From positions 71,424,001 through 71,488,000 of the forward strand of contig OZ024744.1 in the NCBI GenBank assembly GCA_964016885.1: DNA of 64,000 nt. The letters are read 5' to 3'. Position 1 is the stretch's first letter, and every line of letters starts with the position of its first letter. The notes beneath the pieces were generated by a model. The model did not search any database and had not been told where the DNA came from. It was given only the letters and a program-made list of their open reading frames with translations. Made by a program: the position numbers and the translations under genes. Shown piece by piece: positions 12,616 to 26,278 of this stretch. This stretch comes from Eledone cirrhosa. Taxonomy: Eukaryota.

Positions 12616-12835
12616 AGGGATTGGCAGTATCGGAAGACCATCGGACACTATGCTTCGCGGCAGAGTGTTACGGCCCTTTACCTTCTGAGTTCAAATCCCG
12701 CCATGGTTAGCTTTGCCTTTCATCCTTTTGGGGTCGATAAAATAAAGCACCGGTGAGTACTGGGGTCGATTTAATCGACTTTCCCCTCCCTTTCAAATTG
12801 CTGGTCTTGTGCCTGAAGTAGAAACAATTATTAAT
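12616..12835 (+). mobile_element. tRNA-derived SINE
   Basis: Same head, body and ATT tail as 5197-5411, a different subfamily. Confidence 0.82.
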
Positions 12836-13259
12836 AAGAAGGGTTGAAATTAATGCATGTAAGATTTCACAGATCTAGAATCACTCCTTAAAAATGAGCA
12901 TATGAACTTTTCAGCCCACCCTCATATTTCAGATACTGCAACTACAAGTGAATCCTTTCGTTTGAAAGGCGGTAGGTTTTGGAAGATTTCCCAAATATTT
13001 CTAGTAGATCATCGTAACAAATATAAGCTCTTTTAATTGTTGTTTAGCCACAGGTTCATTCTGATTGGACAAAACTATGCTAAATGTTGTTCAAGCCGTA
13101 GCCATCTTATTTTTTTTTTTTTAAATATAAATCAGAGATTTAATAATCCAACTATGTGTGAGTGTGTCCCCGTGAAACATATACATATATACCAGGTCCG
13201 AACTCAAAATAACCAAACTCCCACTGTCACTGCCTCTGTCTCTATCTCTCATTATCATG

Positions 13260-13350
13260 AGCAATTGGGACCTCACGCACAGGCCGCTCCGCGGTCCCGG
13301 CGGACAGAATAGAGAAGGCGTTTCCCCGGAGGATATGAGAGAGGTGCGCT
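13260..13350 (-). mobile_element. Short CRE-like LINE 3' fragment
   Basis: Encodes ILRGNAFSILSAGTA, similar to 13735-13795. Confidence 0.55.
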
Positions 13351-13365
13351 GGAAGAATCATTATT

Positions 13366-13480
13366 TTCCCGCCAAGGTTAACTTTGCCTTTCATCCTTAC
13401 GGGGTCGATAAAATAATGTACCAGTAATCTACTGGGTAATTGCTGGCCTTGTGCCAATAGTATTAGCCAACAATTATTTA
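13366..13480 (+). mobile_element. SINE 3' half
   Basis: Body GTTAACTTTGCCTTTCATCCTTACGGGGTCGATAAAATAA...GGCCTTGTGCC. Confidence 0.75.
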
Positions 13481-13576
13481 GTATATAGCCAACAATTATT
13501 TTCCAATTCATTCTTTATTCAGACACTGATAGTAATGATGATAGTGGTGATGCTGCTGCTGCTGCTGCTGCTGCTG

Positions 13577-13612
<36 letters not shown>

Positions 13613-13698
13613 ACATTAATAAAGTGTACAGCCACAATTTACCAGTTTAATGTGTGTGGACATTTACTAGTTTAATGAGATGAAAGAATGGTATTTAA

Positions 13699-14265
13699 CT
13701 AATGTAATGGTACGCGATGGGGCCCACCCACAGCCCCGGCGGACAGAAATGAGAAGGCGTTTCCCCGGAGGACGGCAAGGGAGACGCGCTGGAAAAGCCA
13801 CTCCAACTCGCGGGGCTCACACCTACGGCTGGCCAGCTCAGCGCCTATGGTGGTGAGTAAGGAGGTAGCCGTGGAGCCGAGGACACCAGAAGTCTCCACT
13901 GCTGGGGTATGACCGCAAACCTGTCGGAGAGCGACCGGTATTTGATGAGTTTGGCCCCCTCAGCCCGACGTGCAGCAGAACCTGGGTCAGTCGCAGACTG
14001 CACCAGATTGCGGCTGCAGAAAGTGTCGGTGCAAGTGGCATCCCAGACGAGGGGTTTGCCACCGCGGAACAGGAAGATGGTCATGCCCTATGGCCTTTTG
14101 CCGTCCCCTCGATCCAGTCCCACCGGCTCGAGCTGGGAAGGGAAGCCTGCAGCGTCCAAGCCATGCTTAATGACCTCGCTGAGGGCAGTATAGCGTGGAA
14201 TGCGGCCGGCACTTTGGCGACAGGAAAGCGGGTGGAGGCCGAAAGAGTCCACGGTGGAACCGCAG
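13699..14265 (-). mobile_element. CRE-clade RLE LINE 3' fragment, decayed
   Basis: Across frames: LEPVGLDRGDGKRP.GMTI, GKPLVWDATCTDT, KLIKY, ETSGVLG, WLFQRVSLAVLRGNA, typical of the CRE-type RLE C-terminus. Confidence 0.75.
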
Positions 14266-14654
14266 CGACTTGTGTATGAAATTTGAAAGAAATTTGGTTG
14301 TTAATTCTAGCAGTTCCAGCAATTACTATGAGCCTTTGCCTTTGTCTTCGTGTAAGTTGCTGAGTGTGTGTGTGTGTGTGTGTGTGTGTGCATGAGTGTG
14401 TGTGTGTTTGCGTGTTTGTGTGTGTGTGTGTGTGCGTATTCACATTCTGTCATATATTTCGGGATTAATTGATGGTATGTATGTATGTATGTATGTATGT
14501 ATGTATGTATGTATGTATGTATGTATGTATGTATGTATGTATGTATGTATGTATGATTGCATATATGTATGCATGCATATATATATATGTATATATATAT
14601 GCATGCCCCCCCCCCACATATATATATATAGAGAGAGAGAGAAAGAGAGAGGTA

Positions 14655-15195
14655 GAACACTGGAAGGTAATATCCGTAGTGGTAGAGCACTCAGTCCATG
14701 GGACAAGTTAGGTAGAAGTGGTTACACAACAGTTAGTTCACCATACCGAGAACAATTGTTTCACCTTAGCGGATCTTCAGCTCGTACTGGTCATGGTTAT
14801 ACGGAACAGGAAGAACAACCGTATGAACGCGCATGCGCAGAAACAGTCACTTCACCAAAGCAATACAAAGCCACGGGCGAAAGGTGTAAGGTAGATAACT
14901 GCGAAAGTCTGGAAAAAGTGTTCGAGTAGATTAGAAAATTAGAATGTTGTTGTTATTCAATCCGGAGCTTTGTAATTATGCAAGAAACTCGCGAGCCACG
15001 AAATACTCAGCTATAGACTACTCCATTCAATGGAAAGCCATCACTAAGTCCAAGCCATACGCAAGAGGCAATCCATCTTGTGGACTGTGTATTGAAGAAC
15101 GGATAAATATTCTAAGATAAATATTCAGAATATCCCGTTAAGGGTGAAAGCAGCGATTCTTTGCTTACACTTTAATCTGTTATTTTAATAAATAT
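14655..15195 (+). mobile_element. Non-coding 3' (pLTR-like) segment of the Penelope-like family at 54-56 kb
   Basis: Ends CCCGTTAAGGGTGAAAGCAGCGATTCTTTGCTTACACTTTAATCTGTTATTTTAATAAATA, shared with 56197-56225 (+), 56263-56325 (-) and 53398-53452 (-). Confidence 0.6.
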
Positions 15196-15339
15196 TTGCT
15201 CTAGGGTTCTCATATATTTGAAATATATTTATCCTTATCGAGCCCTCTTTGGGTTTTAGTCTTCTTATTTATTATTATTTCTATATTACATATATATATA
15301 TACATATATATATATATATGCATATATACATATATATAC

Positions 15340-15439
<100 letters not shown>

Positions 15440-15440
15440 G

Positions 15441-15499
<59 letters not shown>

Positions 15500-16351
15500 T
15501 TGTGTGTGTGAATTAATCCCTATGCTTATATTGGGTTTAACGTGTCTATATATTCATACTACAGTGTATGATTTGAGGGAGATTAGGTTACAATTTCTAT
15601 AAGGTTTAGCTACGCTACACACACCCACCACACACATGAAAACGCACTCACACACGCATGCACACACATATACACGCATAGACACACACGTACAGACACA
15701 CTTACACACTTACACACATAATATATATATATATGCGTGTATGGTATGTGAGACTGCGTGCGCGTGCATGTTCACGTTTGTGCATGTAGTTATATTTATA
15801 TAGAAATTTACATATACATAGAAACCAAACTTATACAACTTATGTATCACACAAAGAAAGCTTTTACAATTTTGGATTATTAGTAAGCGATATAGGGTTA
15901 GTTAAATTTTTTTTTGTTAGTTAAATTAAACCACAACATGTCTTCGTAAAAACATATATACCAATAAAACCCCGCAAAAGTCATACACATCTTACTTAAA
16001 TAAACATATACAACTAATTCATGCATAACTCAGGTATACTTAGAATAATTCATTCATGTCGATATCTAAAAGGGACATGGCCACAATATTTAATACACTA
16101 ATATCTCCTATTTCAGTCAGTCTGTCTGTTTGTCTGTTATAGAAATTGTAGCCTAATCTCCCTCAAATCATACACTGAGCATATTTTTAACAGTTCTTCT
16201 GATGATCTGGTTAAGCTAACACGTATTTAAAATTGAGTGGCACAGCTTCAAGTGTTCAGCAATTTTTAGACAATTTAATCAGTGAAACAATTGTTAATAC
16301 TGTAAATAAAACACATTTTTGTACTGTTGACCATGTTATTCTTCACTCTTT

Positions 16352-16463
<112 letters not shown>

Positions 16464-16818
16464 TAATAAAAACAATGAATAAAATCAAAGAAACAGTTTC
16501 ATATATTAAAAAATTCATCATTTCACGATCGTTTCTAGGATATATATGTGTGTGTTGGTATGTATATCATATAGATCTATGTAAAAGTTTTACAAACTAT
16601 CAGAGGGAATATACATACCTACACATATATATGCTGTCTTCATATAAGGAACTGTTTCTTTGTTTTTATTCATTGTTTTTATTAATTTATCTTAACTCTG
16701 TTTTCCTGTGTTTTTCATCGAAAACATTTTGAATACATCTTCTCTTTTCATGATATTTGGATTACATTGAGTTCTTCATACGGATTGGACACTACCGTAT
16801 ATTTTGGTAGATTTATCT

Positions 16819-16851
<33 letters not shown>

Positions 16852-17403
16852 CGAGGGTGCTTCAAAAAGTTAGTGGAAAAAGTACATAACTAAAAATCCT
16901 ATGCTGGGATTTTGATCTCAATTCACCAGTACGTTCCCGTACTGACGTGTTATCACATGTTCTAATATGAACCCTTAAATGCATCTTGCAACGCGTCAGC
17001 GCCAGTCGGAAGTTAGCACCCACTCGAGCAACATGGCCTCCATCAAAACATCAAATTGATGGTGAAGCTGGGGTGGAAGAGCAGTCAAATCATTGACGCT
17101 CTGGAGCAAGTTTATGGGGACAATGGTCCGATGAAATCAACAACCTAAAAATGGATAAGTCGTTTTAGAAGTAGAAAAGATGAGGTTGAAGATAATCCCC
17201 AGTTAAAGATGTAAAAAAAAAAGCTGCTTTGAGATGGTTTAAATTGCGTGGACTCAGTTTTACACAGATGGACTTAAAGGCTGGTATCAACGCTTGCAGG
17301 GGAGTGCATTGATCTAGCGGGAGCATATGTTGAAAAATAAACATCATAACTTAAACCGTTTTTCCAACTGTCCTGTTTCTACAAACGTTTTGAAGCCCCC
17401 TCG
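16852..17403 (+). mobile_element. Mariner DNA transposon (Hsmar2/irritans-like), internal deletion derivative
   Basis: TIRs CGAGGGTGCTTCAAAA / TTTTGAAGCCCCCTCG flanked by TA. Transposase N-terminal remnant MVKLGWKSSQIIDALEQVYGDNG..KWISRF at ~17060-17200. Confidence 0.8.
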
Positions 17404-17433
17404 TATATACACATACATAACTACATACATACA

Positions 17434-17748
17434 CGATGGCCGCAAACGCGTGTTCGAGCATTGTCACCGCCTGATAAAATGCTCAAAAATGAGAGGCACT
17501 AATGTGGCTCTTTAAGCCAACCAAAGACTTGTACCCTCTGGCACATACATGGCAACTGTAGGCTCCTCTGGGACTTTCCACTGCTTGGTTCTGACTGTGT
17601 TCTCATGTGTCTTTTAAGACCTTCCATGCTTGCACATTCCTTGCCACGTTCCTTACACCTTTTCAGATCATAATTTACATGAGGTCTACTGATATGACTT
17701 TGTTCGTGTCTAATCAAACCAGCTTTGCTTAGGCAGACTCGACCACAT
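17434..17748 (-). mobile_element. RTE-like LINE 3' end with C2H2-like fingers, in (TATG)n
   Basis: CGRVCLSKAGLIRHEQSH and GKECASMEGLKRHMRT. Terminus CTCGAACACGCGTTTGCGGCCATC followed by TATG repeats. Confidence 0.65.
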
Positions 17749-17842
17749 ACATACATACCTACATACATACATACATACATACATACATACATACATACAT
17801 ACATACATACATACATACATACATACATACATACATACATAC

Positions 17843-18213
17843 ATGTTAGTAACTGCCTGAATACAAATCTTGAGAAGCTGGGCTTCACAGGAACAGATAG
17901 AACACGACTAGTTAGGAAATTACAAGTACAATCCATTAATGGAACAGTAAAAATATGTAAGACATTCCAAAAATTCTGCATCTAATAACTGCATATACAC
18001 TTGTACAAATACAAAGCAGATGCACATACATACAACTCAAAACATCCACATCCACACATACAATAACATTCATACCTGCACATACATGCATGCATACAGA
18101 CATGCATACATATCTACCTACTTGATGTTGTGTAATGAGAGAGTCTTGTATGTATGTAAGAAACCACCTCTCTCCCTATTGGCAAACATTTGTGAAATTA
18201 TAAAACCAGAAGA
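17843..18213 (+). mobile_element. RLE-type LINE 3' fragment ending in (CATA)n
   Basis: LEKLGF..LVRKLQVQSINGTVKICKTF* resembles the C-terminus at 34260-34440. The terminal 30 nt recur at 29045-29072, again followed by CATA repeats. Confidence 0.55.
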
Positions 18214-18238
18214 ACATACATACATAATACATACATAC

Positions 18239-19592
18239 ATGGTGGTGACTGCCAACTCGTTTACGAGTACGGCCACTACTTTATATCCATGTAGGAGAAC
18301 CCCTACCGATGCGCTGAACGAGTGTGACTTTTTAGTCCAGCCAGCGACTTGAAAACTCTGGTACAAACACTACACTTGTGACAATTATTGACACATAGTG
18401 CTGGGCCCATGGTACCATGTGACGATAAGTGCAGAGAGATCTCCAGATATAAAGCAATGCCTGTGCCGTGAAGCTTTTATAGTGAGCAAAGGCACTGCAC
18501 AAAGCCAGTCCCACTCTCTTAACCAAGATGATATTTACCAAAAAGAAGAACAAGTCAACATCATAGGATACCATCAGGGTTGCAGGTGCTAAATCAGAGT
18601 TTTCCTTCTCCTAGAATTCTGCCTTGACAAAGGCTAAGGGGTGATCTCTCCCGGTGATTTTGGATGGCCATTGACTCTTAAGAGCTCCTTTGTATAAGAG
18701 CTCCTACATATATACATACATATATACATACACATATACACACATATATATATATACATACATGGTAGCTGCCAACTCGTTTTCGAGTACGGCCACTACT
18801 TTATATCCATGTAGGAGAACTACCGATGCGCTGAACGAGTGTGACTTTTTAGTCCAGCCAGCGATTTGAAAACTCTGGTACAAACACTACACTTGTGACA
18901 ATTATTGACACATAGTGCTGGGCCCATGGTACCATGTGACGACAAGTGCTGAGAGATCTCCAGATATAAAGCAATGCCTGTGCTGTGAAGCTTTTATAGT
19001 GAGCAAAGGCACTGCACAAAGCCAGTCCCACTCTCTTAACCAAGATGATATTTACCAAAAAGAAGAACAAGTCAACATCATTGGATACCATCAGGGTTGC
19101 AGGTGTTATATCAGAGTTTTCCTTCTCCTAGAATTCTGCCTTGACAAAGGCTAAGGGGTCATCTCTCCCGGTGATTTTGGATGGCCATTGACTCTTAAGA
19201 GCTCCTTTGCCATTTATACATACATATATACATATATACATACATATATAGATATATACATATATACATATATACATATGTACATACATATATACATATA
19301 TACATATATACATATATATACACATATACATACATACATATATATACATACATACATACATACTTATATACATATACATATACATACATATATACATATA
19401 TACATATATATATATACATACACATATACATACATATATACATACATATATACATACACATATACATACATATATACATATATACATACATATATACATA
19501 CATATATACATACATATATACATACATATATACATACATATATACATACATATATAAATACATATATACATACATATATACGTATATACATA

Positions 19593-19624
<32 letters not shown>

Positions 19625-20071
19625 CATATATACATACATTCATACATACATATTTACATACATATATACAAACATATATACATATATATATATGCATACA
19701 TATATACATACATATATATATATACACATATCTACATACATATATACTCACACATATACATACATATATACATACATATATACATATATACATATATACA
19801 TATATACATATTACATGGTGGCTGCCAACTCCTTTTCGAGTACGGCCACTACTTTATATCCATGTAGGAGAACTCCTACCGATGCGCTGAACGAGTGTGA
19901 CTTTTTAGTCCAGCCAGCGACTTGAAAACTCTGGTACAAACACTACACTTGTGACAATTATTGACACATAGTGCTGGGCCCATGGTACCATGTGACGACA
20001 AGTGCAGAGAGATCTCCAGATATAAAGCAATGCCTGTGCTGTGAAGCTTTTATACATACATCTATATATAC

Positions 20072-20102
<31 letters not shown>

Positions 20103-20824
20103 CATATATATACATACATACATACATACATATATACATATATATATACACATATACGTACATATATACATATATACATACATATATATATATACATATA
20201 TATATATATACATATATACATATATATATGGTGGCTGCCAACTCGTTTTCGAGTACGGCCACTACCCTATATCCATGTAGAAGAACCCCTACCGATGCGT
20301 GGAACTAGTGTGACTTTTTAGTCCAGCCAGCGACTTGAACATCTGGTACAAACACTACACATGTGACAATTATTGACACATAGTGCTGGGCCCATGGTAC
20401 CATGTGACGACAAGTGCAGAGAGATCTCCAGATATAAAGCAATGCCTGTGCCGTGAAGCTTTTATAGTGAGCAAAGGCACTGCACAAAGCCAGTCCCACT
20501 CTCTTAACCAAGATGATATTTACCAAAAAGAAGAACAAGTCAACATCATTGGATACCATCAGGGTTGCAGGTGTTATATCAGAGTTTTCCTTCTCCTAGA
20601 ATTCTGCTAAGGGGTCATCTCTCCCGATGATTTTGGATGGCCATTCATTCTTAAGAGCTCCTTTGCCCTTTGACAGGTTTTATTTTTAGTCCTGCAGGAT
20701 GTCCAAAGTCACCCTCCTCACCAAGAAACCTTGGTGGGGTTGCCAGTTTAGTCGCCAACGACCGGACCATGAGACAGGTTGTACTGGGATACATGTTACC
20801 AGTAGCATCAACTGGTGACCTGAC
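18239..20824 (-). mobile_element. Cluster of four copies of a ~610-bp non-coding RTE-like element separated by (TACA)n/(TA)n
   Basis: Copies at 18239-18692, 18762-19211, 19815-20054 and 20228-20824 share the left end and are variably truncated at the right, so sense is the minus strand with a TATG tail. Contains the RTE-type motif CTAGGAGAAGGAAAACTCTGAT. Confidence 0.85.
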
Positions 20825-20852
20825 ACACACATATATATATATACATACATAT

Positions 20853-20929
<77 letters not shown>

Positions 20930-20951
20930 CATACATACATACATACATACA

Positions 20952-20983
<32 letters not shown>

Positions 20984-21485
20984 CACAAGTGTGTATCTGT
21001 TTTTCTGCATTATACACTTTTGAAATCGACTTCGCTTTTAATTTAATTTTCTCTATCAGATTCCTTCTCACACCTCTATATTATCCTACATTGTCTTTTT
21101 TTATTTTATCCCCCTCCACTTCTTGTTAATTCCTTTTATCACACTCTAATTCCCTTCCACAAAACGTAATGTAATCAATTTCCCTCTTTTTGTCGATCAT
21201 ACGCTTTCTTGACTCCATCATCCTTCTTTAGTTTTCGTTCACCTTTTCCACCGTATTACGGCTTCACATTATACAGCTTTTAGAGTATTTCCCGCTGATT
21301 TCTTTTTGAAAATAAAAACAACAGCATTAAGATTATTATTATTCATATTTTTTTTCAAGTCATACTACACTAGAATGCCAAATTTCATTGTACGTAAATT
21401 ACTCCGGACTTTTGATGAAGAAAAAAAAAACAAAAAAAAAAACGCATTCAGATATAAGGTGAATTAACAGACATTTTATAAGACA

Positions 21486-23905
21486 CTAGCAGAATGGCCC
21501 GGCGTTACTCGGGATTTGCTCCATATTTGATATATATTTATCCTTATTGAGCCTCGTGAAATAAATACGTTTATTTATATTTTGTTATTGTGTATGCAAA
21601 AATATCTGTACACGAATATATAATTATATATCTAATATATATTTGTGAAATGGGCGGTGGTTGAAATTCAGATGTGCACGGTTAAATGGTAGTAGACGTG
21701 GTCGGACTGACATGAACATTTACACACCAATGTAAAAAGTGCCAAGAAAGCAAATAGACGAGGTTGCAAATCTCTAACTTGAAAAATGTGGTCCCTATCG
21801 CGTTCGGTGAGTTATTTCCCCCTGTTCTAATACTTTTGTCTTATTTACAATTTCATCAACTTTCTTTCGCTGTTAACATACAGTACCAATAATTTGAAAA
21901 ATATTATTGAAAGTTTATTATAAAGAAGCAGTTTCAGGAAAAAGTGTAAACTATCATACAAACCTTCATAATATGCATTTTTAAACTTGCATATCATCGA
22001 CATTGCTATTTCGCTGTTAATAAACTTCTACATTTAACGATCATACAGTACCGTTTTATGAAATCAATTCTGCAGTACGGTCACTGTTTTCCATCAAAAG
22101 AAATAAAACCCTCGGCGACACTTGGTTTTAGTGTCCTAAATTATCATCATCGACATTCAATTATTAGCTCCACCCACTACACGATACGTCACGAAGGTAA
22201 ATGTTTCTAAAAAATTTTAAACTGTATATCCCAACAATATATTGTTTAAAGAAATTTTTTTCTGTTGTTAAAAACTGTAAATCTGTTAAAAAAATGTATT
22301 ACTCAGTAATTTTTTTCTGTTCAAAACTGTAAATAAATATTCATGTAAAAATGAAGCATAGTGTTTCGGTTAAATACATTTTTTTAAAAAACAGATTTAC
22401 AGTTTTAAACAAGTTTAAAACAGTTTAAAACAGTTTAAAATTTTTTCGAAACATTTACCTTCGTGACGTATCGTGTGTTAAAAAAAAATTTATTTCGCAG
22501 TAATTATTTTCTGTTAAAAACTGTAAATAAATATTCATGTAAAAATGAAGCATAGTGTTTCGGTTAAAAACTTAAAAACTGTAAATAAATATTTATGTAA
22601 AAATGAAACATAAATATTTACTTTGTTAAAAAAATAAATAAAAAATCTAATTTTCTCTGTTAATGTTTTAATAAATATTTATTCTAAAAATTCAATGTTT
22701 TTTCGTGTAAAAATGAAGCATGTAAGAAAATGAACATGTAAAAATCAAGCAGCAGCAGCAGCTGATGACGTGTCGTGACGTATCGTGTAGTGGGTGGAGC
22801 TAATAATTAAATGTCAATGATGATAATTTAGGACACTAAAACAAAGTATCGCCCCCTTGGCGAAATTGCGAAGAAGGGACGCGTGTTTTTATTTTAATTC
22901 TAATACATGTTAACCACCACTAACAGTAAGTAGTATTTTTCAAATTGCATATCATCGACATTGCTTTTTCGCTGTTAATAAACAACGCTTTTCACGTCGC
23001 TCCACTTCTTATTGTACGCCGTCCAGCCCCAAGTGCATATTTCTATTTTTTTTCATGAAACTGATTCTTTATAATAAACTTTCAATAATATTTTTCAAAT
23101 TATTAACTTAATAAAAAGTGGCCCCAGGTGCAACCGGACTCAGCTGCTAGTATATCTATATATCTAAAACAGAGAATGTCTGTCTGTCTGTCTGTCAGCT
23201 CACTAAAACTTGAGAACCACCCAACCGATTGTTTTCAAACTTTACACATGTAATACTTATGGTCCTGTGAGTGTTTTGAGCAAAGAATATTTTAAATTTT
23301 CAATGCCCTAGGGACCGCATTAGACGATTTAGCGATTTCTCTCTATAATTCTTAGTCTTTCTTTTTAGATAGATACATAGATATAACGTTGCGCCCTTAT
23401 AATATCTGTCTGTATGTCTAGCTGTCTGCATTACGTCATTATGACGCGATCAGTGTGTGTGTGTGTATATATATGTATCGTAATGCAAACAGCAAGACAT
23501 ATAGCTTTCCTTCCCCTCTTCCAGCGTCTCTCTCTCTCTCTCTCCCGCTATCCCCCTCTTTTAGTCTGTCTGTTTCTTTCACTCTCACTCTTTCTCTTTA
23601 TAACTCACTCACATTAATACTAAAGCGTTAAGGTATTGTTCTCAAAATAAATAATATTAAATCTATGAGATTTTTATATTATGTGAGATAAAGCCTTTAC
23701 AATGAAAATAATATAGTATATATAAAGTAATGTAAATGCTAAAGGGTTAATTCCATCAGACCATGTGAGAGAATTTATAATCACTTACGCACACATACAC
23801 ACTCGCGCATGCAAACGCACACAAACTCACACACACACGCGCGCACGTACACACACACGCAATAGTTATTCCACTGTTTGACGCATACAACTCTCAAAAG
23901 ACGGC

Positions 23906-23978
<73 letters not shown>

Positions 23979-24370
23979 CCTCTCTCTCTCTCTCCCGCTA
24001 CCCCCTTCTTTTAGTCTGTCTGTTTCTTTCACTCTCACTCTTTCTCTCTGTAACTCGTTCACATTTCTCCCCTCTATCGAAAAACGCTGTGACGAATGGG
24101 GAGAAGGAGGAGGAGGAGTAGAGATCCACTTCTTCACTTCGCCTCTCCGTTTCTTTCTCTCCCCTCTCACTCCCTCATTATGTACAGAAATTGGCCACTT
24201 CACTAATTCGATCCCTAGGTCAGAATAATTTGAAACTTTTTTTTGCTCAAAACACTTCCGGGGCCATACGGGTTACATGTGTAAAGTTTGAAAAAAAAAC
24301 GATTGGGTACTTCTCGAGGTTTAGGGAAACAGACACACATACATCCTCTGTTTTATATAGATATATAGAT
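21486..24370. mobile_element. Non-autonomous Helitron-like composite with internal inverted repeats
   Basis: GC hairpin + CTAG termini on minus (21486-21515) and plus (23120-23150). TCTATA..AAAACAGAG..(GTCT/GT)n 5'-type termini on plus (23155) and minus (24370). Inverted blocks at 21891-21943/23048-23102 and 22126-22193/22773-22842. Confidence 0.6.
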
Positions 24371-24589
24371 TTACGATTAAAAACCCAAAAAACAAAACAA
24401 AAGAGAAAAATTAAATAAAAAAAGAACATCTGCTACAGGAGGTGAATCGAGTACCTTTCACCTGCCGAGTTACCACGATACTAATTACAACAATTGGAAT
24501 ATGAACAATTTTGTTTATGTAAATAACATTTTATTGGCCATGCTTATTAAGTGTTATGCCCCCTGAGAACTACAGATAAATTAACAATT

Positions 24590-25041
24590 GGCTATCTTCC
24601 CTTCCCAGCTTGAGCAAGTAGGGCTGGACTGAGGGGGACGGAAAAATGCCAGACGGCATGACAATTTTCCCGTTCAGCGGGGGTAGCCCCCCCCCCCCCC
24701 CAATTTGAGATGCCACATGCTGTGACACCTACTCACCTGACAACATGATGCGTTCGGCTACCTGCCCAGGCTCTGCTACCTGTCAATCTAAAGAGGGAAA
24801 ACTGTCCAAGTATCGATCGCTCTCGGATAGGTTTGTGGTAGAGCCTGTAATAGTGGAGACATCCGGCGTTCTTGGCCCCCGGTCCACACCCCTACTCACT
24901 GTTATCGAGACAGAGTTGGCCGCCATCAGGTGCGAACCTCACGAGGTGGAGTGGCTGTTTCAGCGCATCTCCCTCGCCGTCCCCCGGGACAACATAGTCT
25001 TCACCCTGTCGGCCGGGACCCAGAGGCGGAGAGCAAGTTAG
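24590..25041 (+). mobile_element. CRE-like RLE LINE 3' fragment
   Basis: GDGKMPDGMTIFPF, KYRSLSDRFVVEPVIVETSGVLG, WLFQRISLAV. Confidence 0.72.
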
Positions 25042-25339
25042 TTGGTCGTGGAGGATACTCGTTTGGACGTCCCTTCAACAACAAAAATGTGATTAGCTAG
25101 TCAGAAAGACTATAATAATTACTCTCTAACATAGTGAAGAATCATTCTGGCATTCTTTTATATTTATGCCTTCTAGCAACCATAGAATATTAACAGTAAA
25201 TTCTTACAATATCAACGGTCAATATCATTTCATAAATGAATTATTTATAATGTCAACAGTAAACGAGAATCTCCACTAAGCGACTTACGCAGATTAAATC
25301 TTGAATAAGTAATATTATCTTAATTGCAATTCACCCTAT

Positions 25340-26050
25340 ATATGATCTTCATTGATTACAAGAAATCTTTCAACTAAGTCTAACATTAAACTCTGTGGAC
25401 TCTACTGAGGAAGACGGGAGTCTGCGGTGTAGTAGTAAACCTACTGAAGAAACTATATAGTGGACAGTGCAAAGCGGTTAAAGTGGAGGACCACCTGACG
25501 GAGTGGTTTACCACATGGAAAGGTGTACAACAGGGCTGCTTCATGTCAGCCATGTGCTTCAACTTTTACTCGACAATGCATCAACGAACAGATGATCTAT
25601 CTTGATAGGAGTAACCATTGGTGGCCGGAATCTCAACTACTTTCTGATGATATCGTTCTGATAGCAATATCACTGAAGACACTCCAAAGACTGCTTGACG
25701 AAGTGGAAAGAATCCCTGGTGAGTATCAGCTGGAGATCAACAGTAAGAAAACGAGTATCATGTCCATCACTAGGGAACTGATGCAAAATGGATTTTCAAT
25801 GTCATGACGTCATGCTAGCTCAAGTGGAAAAATTCAAGTGCCTCGGAATCAACATTGATCTAACAGAGAATGGTAGTCACAAGATAAGGGGTAGTGAAGA
25901 TCAGCATTTAGGTTTCTTAAGACACCGTGAAAAGACTGCACTCTCCACAAGAGCTTTAAGCTGAACTTCTGAAAACCCTAGTGTGGTTAGTTGCAGTGTA
26001 TGACTGCGAGACCTGGACATTGAAAACCGCTGATGTTAACAAACTGAAGT
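25340..26050 (+). pseudogene. Decayed RTE-clade reverse transcriptase fragment
   Basis: FIDYKKSF, EWFTTWKGVQQGC, SDDIVLIA, LEINSKKTSIM, CETWTL across frames. Confidence 0.7.
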
Positions 26051-26159
26051 AGTTTATATTAGACAGCCGATAGATTTTCGTCAAATCGGACCGAAGAAAC
26101 GACGTTTCCGTTGGTCTTTCCAAATGTTAATACTATCTGTCGGTCGCAACTCCAGACAG

Positions 26160-26278
26160 AAGGAGCAACGTGAAATAAAGTGTCTTGCTCAAGGGCATAA
26201 CGTCCGGTCCAGGAATTGAACTCACAACTTCACGATTGCGAATCCAATCGTCTTACTACTCAGCCACGCGCCTTCACA
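26160..26278 (-). mobile_element. 5' part of a second tRNA-derived SINE family
   Basis: Minus strand GAAGGCGCGTGGCTGAGTAGTAAG..GAGTTCAATTCCTGG (A and B boxes) then CCCTTGAGCAAGACACTTTATTTCAC. Related copy at 63480-63610. Confidence 0.7.

Noticed and set aside
18239-20824. Repeat-spacer pattern resembling a CRISPR array
   Set aside because: Units are hundreds of bp and variably truncated, the spacers are microsatellites, the context is eukaryotic, and there are no cas genes.
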